From NCBI GenBank assembly GCA_963771175.1, contig CAVYSY010000052.1:96001-160000 (forward strand): 64,000 bases of DNA, written 5' to 3'. Shown here one piece after another: positions 33,606 through 43,365 of the stretch. The DNA comes from an uncultured delta proteobacterium (GTDB taxonomy: Bacteria > Myxococcota > Myxococcia > Myxococcales > Myxococcaceae). Every line of letters begins with the position of its first letter. Position 1 is the stretch's first letter. The notes below the pieces were generated by a model. The model worked only from the letters and a program-made list of their open reading frames with translations. It made no database searches and had not been told where the DNA came from. Position numbers and translations under genes: made by a program.

Positions 33606-34483
33606 CAGTGCAACACCTCTCGGACCGAGCCGGGCTGCCCCATGAGCACGGGCCTGTCAGTCAGATTGAGAGACGCCCGGGCCGACGCCGGCTCGAGCTC
33701 GGGGGCGGAGAGCAGCCTCCGGACCGAATCCTCGCCGAGGATCAGCTCCCGCCAGCGTGACTTGAGCGCTCGAAGCGCCAGACGGAGACCCCTCCAGTCC
33801 TGTTCCGCCACATAGGCGCCAAGCTCCCGCAGCGGGAACTTGAGCTCATCGATCGCGGCATGCCAGCCGAACTCCTGCAGCCCGGACACACGGACGAAGA
33901 GCACCTCCCAGGTCGCGGCGATGCGCTGCTCCTCCTCCGACCCACCGGTGCTCTCGAGCAGCGCCTCAGAGCCCAGGAGGAGTTCCCGGTCCACGTCCTC
34001 CAGGAGCTCCAATGCCCACCTCCACCAGGAGCCCGGCATAGGCTGCCTCGGGGGAATCGCTCGTCGCACAAGGCAGGCATGTGCCATGGAACCCAGCCCG
34101 TCGACGGAGCCTGCCGCCAGCGCGAAAAGACGAGACCGGCGCGACTCGGTCCCATCATCCAGGCGATGGTAGCTGGCCATGGCGCGAGTTCGTGGTTCCG
34201 GCTGCGAGGCACTCTGCTCATCATGAGGCAGGCGTGCGATGGGCTCGTGGGTCTCGAGATCCGCCATGCTCGCGGTGTCCGAGAACGCCTCCGCGTGCGC
34301 CCGAACCGCATCCGACACCTGGAACTCGGGCAGGTCCTTGCGATGAAGGTACTTGCAGGTGGTCGTCCCCGGACGCTCGATGAGAGAGCCCCACTGAAGA
34401 CAGAACCCCGCCCCCCGACCCAGCGTCAGACCCTGCGCGGGGTTGTGGATGCAGTTCCGGCAGGAAAAGAGGTCCCGGTCCAT
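33605..34483 (-). CDS. Hypothetical protein (292 aa) with N-terminal 4-Cys putative Zn site
   Basis: MDRDLFSCRNC..(16)..C..(14)..CKYLH; ATG 2 nt after the upstream stop. Confidence 0.7.
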   Translation of the reverse strand: MDRDLFSCRNCIHNPAQGLTLGRGAGFCLQWGSLIERPGTTTCKYLHRKDLPEFQVSDAVRAHAEAFSDTASMADLETHEPIARLPHDEQSASQPEPRTRAMASYHRLDDGTESRRSRLFALAAGSVDGLGSMAHACLVRRAIPPRQPMPGSWWRWALELLEDVDRELLLGSEALLESTGGSEEEQRIAATWEVLFVRVSGLQEFGWHAAIDELKFPLRELGAYVAEQDWRGLRLALRALKSRWRELILGEDSVRRLLSAPELEPASARASLNLTDRPVLMGQPGSVREVLH

Positions 34484-34485
34484 GT

Positions 34486-34914
34486 TCAAACCTTCGAGAA
34501 GTATTTGCGGACGAGGGGCCGGGCCCACTCCGTCAGCAACTTGCGAGCAACCCGACTCGTGTCAAACCTCCACAAGACGAGAGCCTCCCTGCGCATCCGC
34601 GCCCGCGGGAGGGCCCTGAACGCCAGATCCTGGGCCTTGGCATCCGCAGGGGAGGAGCACTCCTGCCTGAGCACGGCCAGGAGCTCCTCATGGCGCACCA
34701 CACCATGCTCGTCCGCCTTGGCCTCGGCCTCGTGGAATCGCCAGAGCTGAGGACCAAACATCTTGATGCTGTCGGGGTCCGTGCTGAGCGAGGTGTAGCG
34801 TGTCCGCTGGCCACGCGCATGCACGATGTGCTCCGCATAAGTCGACGAATCATCCCCGAGATTGGGAGGAGTGATGTCGTCAGCCTGGTCTCGTCGAAAA
34901 TAGTCCCGTCCCAC
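34486..34914 (-). CDS. Hypothetical protein, possible R-S-E type ADP-ribosyltransferase fold
   Basis: YFRRD near the N-terminus, EHI, RYTSLSTD, FG, RREALVL; GTG start assumed (ORF open to 34956). Confidence 0.5.
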   Translation of the reverse strand: MGRDYFRRDQADDITPPNLGDDSSTYAEHIVHARGQRTRYTSLSTDPDSIKMFGPQLWRFHEAEAKADEHGVVRHEELLAVLRQECSSPADAKAQDLAFRALPRARMRREALVLWRFDTSRVARKLLTEWARPLVRKYFSKV

Positions 34915-35501
34915 CGCCCCTACCCCCGCCCTTTCCGTCTGGGAAGCGAGTATCAAAGCTCGCTTCCTTCGAGGTCAAGATTCGCCTGCACCCCTGAGTC
35001 GCCGCGTCGTCTACCGAACGCGTCCTCCCCTGAGGGGTTACGCCGCTTCACCGCGCGAGAAGATGCGCCGCAGGAGCGCCTCGCCCTCGGAGCGCGGAGG
35101 CGCCGACGAGACGAAGGACGGCAGCCCGTACGCCCCGGGCCGAGAGTCCGTCCCGCAGCCTCCCGCTCCCCGTGCGCACGGGAAGTCGAGGCCCTCGCTG
35201 TCCGGCGTGGTGAACGGAGGCTGTCCGGTGTCGTGGAACATGGTGAACCCCCGGGAAGAGAACGCCGCACCTGACGCACTCTGCCATCCGGGTCTGACAT
35301 CCCAGGTCATCCAGCCCCGCGGGACTCAGTCCCGGTTGAGCTCGCAGTAGGCAAATCGCCTGGGAATGCCTCGCCCGAGGAGCGCCCTCTCCGCCCTCCG
35401 GGGAGCGACCTGGGGGACGAGCAACCTGTTCCCGCTCCATTGCCGTCTCATTCCCCCCACCCCCACGTTGGCAGCGGACACTCGAAAAGGAGTCCAACAC
35501 C

Positions 35502-36200
35502 ATGAAGTCCGTCATTCGAATGGGTCTGTGCGTCGCGGCGCTGTCGGGCGGCGCGGCTCTGGCAGGGGACGAATGGCAGGAGCCGGCGTGCGGCGGCTCC
35601 GGCCAGGAGGAGACCCAGCCGGTGTACGGCGGCGCCGGCCAGGAGGAGATTCAGCCGGTGTACCACTACGAGGAGACGGGGTCGGATACGGGCGCCTACG
35701 TCCTGCTGGGCGGCGGCACCGAGGGCCACACCGGCGGGAACGCGGCCGACCTGAACCTGGGCTTCGCCTACGGCGCCATCGTCGGCTTCAAGCCCCTCAA
35801 GATGATCGGCGTGGAGCTGGGCTACAGCGGCGCCCTCAACGACATCGACGCGGCCGGTCCGGGTGGCACGGCGGACGGCGCGGACATCATTCGCAACGGC
35901 GGCCAGGCGGCGGTCACCGTCGGCTTCACCCCGACGAGGCTCCAGCCCTACTTGCTGGGCGGCATCGGCATCCAGGACTACAACGTGCGCGGCCCCGGCG
36001 GGCTGTTCGGCTACGTCGATGACTTCAGCGGGTACGTGCCGGCCGGCCTGGGCCTGCGCTACAACATCGGCCCTCTCATCACCGCCGACGCCCGCGTGAG
36101 CTACAACGTCCCGTTGGCGCAGGACTTCGCCCCCGAGGGCGACAACGGCTTCTGGGATGGCCGTTACCAGGCGCTGCTGCAGCTCGGCGGCACCTACTAG
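35502..36200 (+). CDS. Outer-membrane beta-barrel protein (OmpA-like TM domain)
   Basis: Signal peptide, alternating beta strands (GVELGYSG, PYLLGGIG, GLGLRY), terminal aromatic residue; AAGGAG RBS. Confidence 0.78.
   Translation: MKSVIRMGLCVAALSGGAALAGDEWQEPACGGSGQEETQPVYGGAGQEEIQPVYHYEETGSDTGAYVLLGGGTEGHTGGNAADLNLGFAYGAIVGFKPLKMIGVELGYSGALNDIDAAGPGGTADGADIIRNGGQAAVTVGFTPTRLQPYLLGGIGIQDYNVRGPGGLFGYVDDFSGYVPAGLGLRYNIGPLITADARVSYNVPLAQDFAPEGDNGFWDGRYQALLQLGGTY
35592..35663 (+). repeat. Intragenic 36-bp tandem duplication (GGxGQEExQPVY x2)
   Basis: 35592-35627 and 35628-35663 differ at 3 positions. Confidence 0.85.
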
Positions 36201-36272
36201 CCGGCGCACCGTCACCGGAAGGTCCGGGGGCCCTCGCGCCCGCGGGCCTCCCCGTGTTCGTTTCCGCGGCCC

Positions 36273-36623
36273 TCAGGGGAAGCGCGCGAGGAAGGCGCCC
36301 AGCTTCGCGCCCGCCGCCCGCGTCGCCGGCTCCATCCCCTTCGCCCCTTCCGCCGGCAGCTGCGACACCAACTCCAGCAGCGCCGGCTTCATCTCGTCCC
36401 ACGCCTCCGCGGCCTTCGCGTCGCTGTCGAAGTAGCGGCGGTGCACCAGCCAGCCCGACACCGTGCACGTCAGCGCATGGAACGAGCGCGACGCATCCTC
36501 CTCCAGCGTGAGTCGCAGCCCCGCCGGGTGCTCCTCGTCCCGGACGAGGGTGCCGCCCTCCGCCCCCTCCAGCCCCAGCGTGCTGCCACCCTCCACCGGC
36601 CTCCAGCCCTGCTCATCACTCAT
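36273..36623 (-). CDS. Hypothetical protein (116 aa)
   Basis: Clean ORF MSDEQGWRP...AFLARFP with GGAGG RBS. Confidence 0.7.
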   Translation of the reverse strand: MSDEQGWRPVEGGSTLGLEGAEGGTLVRDEEHPAGLRLTLEEDASRSFHALTCTVSGWLVHRRYFDSDAKAAEAWDEMKPALLELVSQLPAEGAKGMEPATRAAGAKLGAFLARFP

Positions 36624-36948
36624 CACCGTGCCTGCCTCCCACGCGGGCCCACCCTCCTCCGTCCCGGAGCCACCGGCAACCCGCTCGTCCGCTCCCCGTG
36701 GGGTGCCGAGCAGCGCCCCGCCCGCCCGCTCGGAGAGCCCTCTATTTTTCGACGATTATCCCTCCTTATCTCCCGCACCCGCCGTATGGATTTTCGCCCG
36801 AGCTACCCGGGAAAGTCTGAAAGCCCTCGCGAAATCCACACCGGCACGCGTCTGGGAATGAGCGGCACGCGCAACTGTCGGAGTGCCGCCGCCCGGGCAG
36901 CCTGCCGTCCGGGCGTTCATTTCACCTTCAACGAGGAGTCCGACTTCC

Positions 36949-37395
36949 ATGTATCGCATCACCATCGCCGTCCTGCTCTCCACCGCCATCGGATGCGGCA
37001 CCAGCCGTAGCGCGACCGGGGGGCTCGCGGCGCGCGAGGGCAACGGCACCGTGGCGGGCATCATCACACTGGCCAATGAAGTGACACCGAGGACGGGGGA
37101 TTTCTGCGAGGGCGTCACCGTGAAGGTGACCCCGTCCGGCGCGCCCGAGGACACGCTGGGCGACCGCATGGTGAAGGTGAGCCGCAGCCGCTGCAGCTAC
37201 CAGGTGGCCCACCTGCCCACCGACGCGGAGCTGCAGCTCGCCGTGACGCCGTCCGCGGCCTGGCGCTGCGACAACGGCGCCACGCCCACGCTCGCCCCGG
37301 AGCCTCGGGCGCTCACGCTGCGCGACTACGAGACGCTCACGCGCGACTTCCGCGTGAGCTGCCCGGCGCCCGAGGCCGCTCCGGCCACGCCGTGA
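36949..37395 (+). CDS. Putative lipoprotein
   Basis: MYRITIAVLLSTAIG-C lipobox-like signal; GAGGAG RBS; four further Cys. Confidence 0.7.
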   Translation: MYRITIAVLLSTAIGCGTSRSATGGLAAREGNGTVAGIITLANEVTPRTGDFCEGVTVKVTPSGAPEDTLGDRMVKVSRSRCSYQVAHLPTDAELQLAVTPSAAWRCDNGATPTLAPEPRALTLRDYETLTRDFRVSCPAPEAAPATP

Positions 37396-37451
37396 GGTAG
37401 TCCCGCTGTCCAGTGGAGTCCCGGCCCGAGCCAGGAGCCGGGGCTCCCGCG

Positions 37452-38246
37452 CTACCGGACGTCCCGGCCCAGGTGGCAGCGCTTGTACTTGAGCCCGCTG
37501 CCACACCAGCAGGGGGCGTTGCGATCCGGAAGCGCCTCTCGCAGCGAGGGCTGCGCCGCCAGCTCGTCGAGCAGCGCCCGGAACAGCGCGCCGATCCGCA
37601 GCAGGGAGTTCCTCGCCCGCTCGGCCTTTCCGCGCTGGGCGACGTCGAGCGAGCCCCCGAGGTCCTCGATGGCGAGCTCCATCTCGACGATGGCCTGGTT
37701 GGCGAACAGATCCTCCGCGTCCTCCTCGAATGGGTAGGCAGCGAGAGCCCGCTTCAAGGGCTCGATGGCGCGCGGGTCCCCGTAGCGCGACAGGTTCAAC
37801 GCGGCCTGCACCGGAGACTCCTGGAGCTGCGCGAGGAGCACCGGGAGGATGCGCTCGTCCCTCGACCCGGAGCGGGCCAGCACGGTGAGCAGGCCCAGAC
37901 GCTGCTCCGCCTCCCGGGTGCTCTCGAGCACCTCCAAGGCGGCCGGCACCACCGCGGGCCCCCACTCCTCGAGCCCAAAGAGGAGCGCGTCATGGAGCAT
38001 CTCCCCGGGCTCGCTGTGCCGCAGCCGCTCCAGCAGGGGCGCGAGGGCCTCGGGTGCCTTCAACTGCGCGAGCAGCTCGACCGCATGCACGGGCACCAAT
38101 CCCTCCGCCTCGCGGACGAGCTCCAGCAGCGGCGCCACCGCCTCGGAACCCAGCGCGAGGAGCTCCGAGCGCGGCTCCGCGGGCAGCTCCTCCTCGGCGT
38201 ACTCCAACAGCCTGCGCACCAACGTCCGCGCGTCGTGCTCACCCAT
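37452..38246 (-). CDS. HEAT-repeat protein with C-terminal SEC-C motif
   Basis: HEAT-like repeats (AVAPLLELV, ALAPLLERL, AIEPLKRAL); RNAPCWCGSGLKYKRCH. Confidence 0.82.
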   Translation of the reverse strand: MGEHDARTLVRRLLEYAEEELPAEPRSELLALGSEAVAPLLELVREAEGLVPVHAVELLAQLKAPEALAPLLERLRHSEPGEMLHDALLFGLEEWGPAVVPAALEVLESTREAEQRLGLLTVLARSGSRDERILPVLLAQLQESPVQAALNLSRYGDPRAIEPLKRALAAYPFEEDAEDLFANQAIVEMELAIEDLGGSLDVAQRGKAERARNSLLRIGALFRALLDELAAQPSLREALPDRNAPCWCGSGLKYKRCHLGRDVR

Positions 38247-39420
38247 GGGGCCACCCTCCTCGCAGGTACCGATGGGCTTCCTCCACGAGCAGCGGATCAT
38301 GCGCCACCGTGAGCTGCTCGGGGAGAGGAGCCAGGAGCTGCCACACGCGCTCCCACCACTCCGCCAGCTCCGCGTCGTCCACCAGCCCGAGCCGGTGCAG
38401 GAACTCGCCCCACGGACGGAGCGCCATCGCCGTGGCGGCATGCACATGAGGGTGCAGCCCGCGGTCCTCGGGGAAGCTCACCACCCAGTGCGCCAGGTCC
38501 TTCGGGTCGGGCAGCAGCATGTCCCGGGGAGTCAGCACCCGGCCGCCATGCCCGAGCGGTCCGGGCATCAGGTGATAGAGCTCCGGGAAGATGAGCTGCG
38601 TGCGCCCCCACGGCCACCCCTGGCGGAGGCGCAGCTCCGGCTCGAGGGCCATCACCAGCGCCCGCTGCTCGTCGAACATGTCCCCCGGAGGAATCTGCAG
38701 CAGCGGCTCGGGAGGGTGCTTCCACGGCTGACGGCCGGTGCGCAGGAGCAAGGCCTTCTCGGCCCAGTGCGGCACCGCCCGGGCGAAGACCGAGAGCCGC
38801 TCGCCCAACCGCTCCATGGACAGGTCCGGCTCGCTCCGCAGCGCGGCGTCCATGCAGGTCAGCGCGGCGCGGGACACGTAGTCGACCTGCGTCCACTCGG
38901 CGAGCGTCTCGTCCTCGCGGACCTGGGACCAGCCATTCAGCAGACCGGCCCAGGCCTCATCGACCCGGCCGCGGTAGAGACACCACTCGGACAGGCGCAA
39001 CAGCAGGTCGGCATCCCCCGTGTCCCGAGCCAGCGCGGTGAGCGCCCCCGCCACGTCCCGGCCCGGCAGCCGCAGGGCCAGCTCCGCGCGCCAGGTGCGC
39101 ACCGCCGGCTCGACGTCGTACGCGCGCGGAGCGAGCTCCTTCCATGCATCGAGCACGCCCTCGAACTCCGCGTACCGCCCGGCGGCGTCGAGCACCTCCT
39201 CGAGGCGGCTCCCCACCTCGAAGAGGTCCTCCGGGTCGAAGCGCGGGTGACTGGCGGCCTCCCGCGCCAGCACCAGCTTCTCTTCGAGGGAGGCGGCCTC
39301 CAGCCGCTCGTAGAAGGTCAAGGGCAGCCCCGCCCCCTCCTGCTCGTCCACGGTTGGTTCTTCCGACCGGGCGGGCAACTCCCGCTTCCGCCACATCCTG
39401 TTCTGACGTTGATCACGCAT
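38239..39420 (-). CDS. Hypothetical alpha-helical protein
   Basis: 393-aa ORF overlapping the next gene by 8 nt; start uncertain. Confidence 0.7.
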   Translation of the reverse strand: MRDQRQNRMWRKRELPARSEEPTVDEQEGAGLPLTFYERLEAASLEEKLVLAREAASHPRFDPEDLFEVGSRLEEVLDAAGRYAEFEGVLDAWKELAPRAYDVEPAVRTWRAELALRLPGRDVAGALTALARDTGDADLLLRLSEWCLYRGRVDEAWAGLLNGWSQVREDETLAEWTQVDYVSRAALTCMDAALRSEPDLSMERLGERLSVFARAVPHWAEKALLLRTGRQPWKHPPEPLLQIPPGDMFDEQRALVMALEPELRLRQGWPWGRTQLIFPELYHLMPGPLGHGGRVLTPRDMLLPDPKDLAHWVVSFPEDRGLHPHVHAATAMALRPWGEFLHRLGLVDDAELAEWWERVWQLLAPLPEQLTVAHDPLLVEEAHRYLRGGWPHG

Positions 39421-39561
39421 TCGCGGGCCAATGTAGATCTGACCGCAGAAGTTGGCACGCGATTCTTACCTTTGATGTTGGGTGCAAGGGATGTGCACAG
39501 GGAACCGCGACGTCCAATGGGCCCTTGCCCGGCCCCGACCAGTCACGCTCTGCTCTCGCCC

Positions 39562-40888
39562 ATGTCGACTCCCGCGACCCACGAACCCCAGCAGCCACCC
39601 GCCCAGCGCCCGCTCACCAGACAGGACGCCAAGACGCTCGCACTGGCGGCACTGGGCGGTGCGCTGGAGTTCTACGACTTCATCATCTTCGTGTTCTTCA
39701 CCGCGGTCATCGGGCAGCTCTTCTTCCCGCCCGACACCCCCGAGTGGCTGCGCCAGTTGCAGGCGTTCGGACTGTTCGCGGCCGGCTATCTCGCGCGCCC
39801 CCTCGGCGGCATCGTCATGGCGCACTTCGGCGACCGCAGCGGCCGAAAGCGCATGTTCGCGCTGAGCGTGTTCATGATGGCGGTGCCGACGCTGCTCATC
39901 GGCGCGCTACCCACCTACGCCACGGCCGGTTACGCGGCGCCGCTGGCGCTGCTGGTGCTGCGCATGGTGCAGGGCGCGGCGGTGGGAGGTGAGGTGCCGG
40001 GCGCCTGGGTGTTCGTCTCCGAGCACGTGCCGGAGCACCGCGTCGGCTTCGCCTGCGGCACGCTCACCTCTGGCCTCACGTTCGGCATCCTGCTGGGCTC
40101 GCTGGTGGCGACGGCCATCAACAAGCTCTACAGCCCCGCGGAAGTGCTGGCCTTCGGCTGGCGCATCCCCTTCCTCGTGGGCGGCGTGTTCGGCTTCTTC
40201 GCCGTGTTCCTGCGCCGCTGGCTGGCCGAGACGCCGGTATTCGAGGAGATGCGCCAGCGCAAGGCCCTGGTGCGGGAGCTGCCGCTCAAGGCCGTGCTAC
40301 GCGGCCACGGCGTCGCGGTGGTGGTGTCCATGCTGCTCACCTGGGTACTCACCGCCGGCATCGTGGTGGTGATCCTCATGACGCCGACGTTCATGCAGAA
40401 GCTCTACGGCATCGCGCCGGCCCAGGCGCTGGAGGCCAACAGCGTGGCCACGCTGAGCCTCACCCTCGGCTGTGTCGTCTTCGGCCTGGTGCGCGGATCG
40501 CTTTGGCGCCGGCCGGATGCTGGGCCTCGGCTGCGTCGCGCTGCTCGGGTCGACGTACCTGCTCTATCGCGGCGTGGGCGCGACGCCGGAGCACCTCGTC
40601 TCGCTGTACGCGCTGACGGGCTTCTGCGTCGGAGTGGTCGGCGTGGTGCCCACGGTGATGGTGCGCGCCTTCCCCGCGGCGGTGCGCTTCTCGGGGCTCT
40701 CGTTCTCGTACAACGTGGCCTACGCCATCTTCGGCGGCCTGACGCCGCTGGTAGTCACCCTGATGATGAAGACCCAGCCGCTGGCGCCCGCGCATTACGT
40801 GGCGGGGCTGTGCGTGATGGGGATGCTGGTGGCGCTCTATCTCCTGAGCGCGGGGCGCGCGCGTTTCGCCGCGGTGAGCACCTCGTAG
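39562..40888 (+). CDS. MFS transporter, MHS (metabolite:H+ symporter) family; one frameshift
   Basis: ALEFYDF, ARPLGG..FGDRSGRK, QGAAVGGE, GWRIPF; continues in ORF 40472-40888 (RFSGLSFSYN) after an indel near 40490. Confidence 0.92.
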
Positions 40889-40983
40889 CGCGCCACCTCC
40901 GCTACCGCTCCTCGGAGGCCCGCCCGGCCGCGGCACCCGGTGGCGGACTTCCCCCCCTACGGAATCGTGCGGGGAGGGGGGCG

Positions 40984-41044
40984 CCGGGCACGGACTTCGG
41001 CAACCTGTCCACTAAGTGTACAAGTTCGTCGGAAGTGCGCCCGG
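40984..41044. repeat. Divergent variant of the palindromic element
   Basis: AACCTGTCCACT-A-AGTGTACAAGTT core with CCGGGC..ACTTC / GAAGT..GCCCGG arms, followed by GAGG as in the other copies. Confidence 0.55.
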
Positions 41045-41084
41045 GAGGCCAACAGACCCCGGAGCACAGGGGACTCCCCGAGTG

Positions 41085-41140
41085 GTTTTGAAAAACCTGT
41101 CCGACTGTCGGACAGGTTTCTGAAAAGTGCGCCCAGGAGG
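41085..41140. repeat. REP-like palindromic element, copy 2
   Basis: Core AAACCTGTCCGAC-T-GTCGGACAGGTTT (41093-41119), then CTGAAAAGTGCGCCCAGGAGG. Confidence 0.85.
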
Positions 41141-41238
41141 CGGGGGTTCTCAAGTGTCGGAGCTCGCGTGTGCGGTGCGGACGCACTGGCGCGGCTCGTT
41201 GCCCCTGAAGGATTCATTTCAGAGGGTCTGGCACCGCA

Positions 41239-42300
41239 TCACCCGAGCCGCTCGGACTCCGCGATCAGCTCCCGCATCAACTCCGCCGCCGGACGACCAC
41301 GAGACAGCGCGGCGGCCTGACCCGACCAGAGCGCCATGAAGCGGGAGTCGCCCCGGGCCGCCGCGGCGCTTCGCAGCGCGGTCGTGGCCGCGTGCTGGAG
41401 CGGAAACGGAAGGAGCTCCTCCGAGTGCTCGAGTGCCTCCGTGAAGGCGTTGGCGAGGCCTCGGGCCGGACGGCCGGAGAAGGCTCGCGTCACCACCGTC
41501 ATGTCGTCCCGGGCCTCCCGGAGCGCGGCCTTGTAGGCGGGCGCGATGCCCGACTCGGGGCAGGTCAGGAAGGCCGTCCCGAGCTGCGCCCCGCTCGCCC
41601 CGAGCACGCGCGCGGCGGCGATTCCGCGCCCGTCCATGATGCCCCCGCTCGCCACCACCGGAAGGCTCACGGCGTCCACCACCTGGGGGACCAATGCCAG
41701 GGTGCCCACCATCGCCGCCTCGAAGGGGCCCGCGAAGGTGCCTCGGTGTCCGCCGGCCTCGCTGCCCTGCGTGACGATGATGTCGACCCCCGCGGCCTCC
41801 AGCAGCTTCGCCTCGTGCACGGTCGTGGCCGTCCCCGCGAGCAGCATCCCTCGCGCCTTCACCCGCGAGAGCACCTCGGGAGCCGGAATGCCGAAGGTGA
41901 AGCTGAAGACCCGGGCACCGCTCTCCAGGACGGCGTCGAGCTGCTCCTCGAAAGGAGGCATCGGGGAGACCGGCGGTCGAGGCGGTGGAAGCCCGAGCTC
42001 CTGGTGGTAGCGGGCCAGCACCGCCAGCATGCGGCTCGACTCGACCTCGGCGGGCGCTGGCAGGGGCGCGAAGAGGTTGATGGCGAAGGGTCGGTCGGTG
42101 AGCTCCCGCACCCGCCGCGAGTGCCGCACGATGTCCTCGGGCTTCAGGTAGGCGGCTCCGGTGGACCCCAGCCCGCCCGCGTTCGAGGCGGCGGCGACCA
42201 GTTCCGGTGTCGTGGCGCCGCCCGCCATCGGGGCCTGGATGATGGGGTGCTCGATTCCGAGCAGGGTCGAGAGGCGACGCCAGGCACTGTCAGCGGTCAT
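41239..42300 (-). CDS. Nitronate monooxygenase family flavoprotein
   Basis: PIIQAPMAGG, SNAGGLG, QGSEAGGHRG, GGIMDGRG, QLGTAFL, LWSGQ. Confidence 0.92.
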   Translation of the reverse strand: MTADSAWRRLSTLLGIEHPIIQAPMAGGATTPELVAAASNAGGLGSTGAAYLKPEDIVRHSRRVRELTDRPFAINLFAPLPAPAEVESSRMLAVLARYHQELGLPPPRPPVSPMPPFEEQLDAVLESGARVFSFTFGIPAPEVLSRVKARGMLLAGTATTVHEAKLLEAAGVDIIVTQGSEAGGHRGTFAGPFEAAMVGTLALVPQVVDAVSLPVVASGGIMDGRGIAAARVLGASGAQLGTAFLTCPESGIAPAYKAALREARDDMTVVTRAFSGRPARGLANAFTEALEHSEELLPFPLQHAATTALRSAAAARGDSRFMALWSGQAAALSRGRPAAELMRELIAESERLG

Positions 42301-42315
42301 GGTTTCCTTGAGTCC

Positions 42316-43365
42316 TTACTTGAGTGAGGACAGCAACGCGCCCATCTCTCCCGGCGTGAGAATCTGACTCGCGGCTCCCAGCGCCCTCGCCGTGCCCGGC
42401 ATGCCGTCCACCACGCAGCTCGCACCATCCTGCGCCACCGTGAGCGCCCCCGCCCGGCGCATCGCCAGCAGGCCCCTCGCCCCGTCCTCCCCCATCCCCG
42501 TGAGCAGCAGCCCCACCGCCCGCGAGCCGTAGAAGCCCGCCACGCTCTCGAAGAGCGCGTCCACCGAGGGCACCGCCACGCCCCTCGACGGCTGCGTGCG
42601 CAGCCTGCCCCCGCTCACCACCAGGTCCCGGTCCGCCGGAGACACGTACACCACGCCCGGCGTCAGCCACTCCCCTCCCTCCGCCACCTCCGTCCGCTGC
42701 CCCGTCCCCGCCAGCCAGCGCGCGAAGCCCTGCTCGAAGCCCCGGACGATGTGCTGCGCCACCACCACCGGAAAGGGGGTCGGCGCCGGCAGCGCTCGCA
42801 GCAGGTCGTACACGAGCGGCGGCGCCCCCGTGGAGCCACCGATGGCCACCAGCGAGCAGGGCCTCGCCTCGGGCATCGCGGACACCGCCGGTGGCACCGG
42901 CCGCACCGCCGCCGTCCGCAGGGAGGGCCGCTTCCGGCCCACCACCCGCGCGTACGCCATCACCCGCACCGTGCGCAGCAGCCGCTCCCGGAACTCCTTC
43001 ACCCCCTCCACTCCCCCTCCCGTCGGCTTGGCCAGCACGTCCACCGCCCCCGCCTTCAGCGACTCGAAGGTCCTGTCCCTCCCCGGCGTGTCCAGCTGCG
43101 CGCTGAGCACCACGATGGGACAGGGCGCCGTGGCCATGATCTCCGCGATGGCGTCCACCCCGTCCATCCCCGGCAGCACCAGGTCCATCAACACCAGGTT
43201 CGGGTTCCACCTCCGCACCGCCGCCACCGCGTCGCGGCCATTGGACACCGCCGGCAACAGCTCGATGTCCGGCTCCCGGCGCAGAATCTGCTCGAGGAAG
43301 GCGACGACGGAACGCGAGTCCTCCACCAGCAACAGCTTCAACAGATCGGCCTCCCTCCCCGGCAC
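42316..43365 (-). CDS. cheB: Chemotaxis response regulator-methylesterase
   Basis: Receiver domain (LVEDS, MDLVLP, AKP) plus GGSTG, AQH, PSVD, LTGMGEDGA, VDGMP. Confidence 0.92.
   Translation of the reverse strand: MPGREADLLKLLLVEDSRSVVAFLEQILRREPDIELLPAVSNGRDAVAAVRRWNPNLVLMDLVLPGMDGVDAIAEIMATAPCPIVVLSAQLDTPGRDRTFESLKAGAVDVLAKPTGGGVEGVKEFRERLLRTVRVMAYARVVGRKRPSLRTAAVRPVPPAVSAMPEARPCSLVAIGGSTGAPPLVYDLLRALPAPTPFPVVVAQHIVRGFEQGFARWLAGTGQRTEVAEGGEWLTPGVVYVSPADRDLVVSGGRLRTQPSRGVAVPSVDALFESVAGFYGSRAVGLLLTGMGEDGARGLLAMRRAGALTVAQDGASCVVDGMPGTARALGAASQILTPGEMGALLSSLK

Noticed and set aside
35038..35241. 67-aa ORF MFHDTGQPP...RGEAA upstream of the ART-candidate operon
   Set aside because: No recognisable motif and weak RBS; may be real but I cannot support it as a feature.
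39452..39468. TTGGCACG upstream of the MFS gene as a sigma-54 promoter
   Set aside because: No GC at the -12 position.
37849..41091. 1080-aa ORF and other long alternative-frame ORFs (6323-8938, 30687-33089, 53127-55400, 57405-59576)
   Set aside because: Shadow ORFs of high-GC DNA, antisense to or run into well-supported genes; Arg/Pro/Ala-rich with no motifs.
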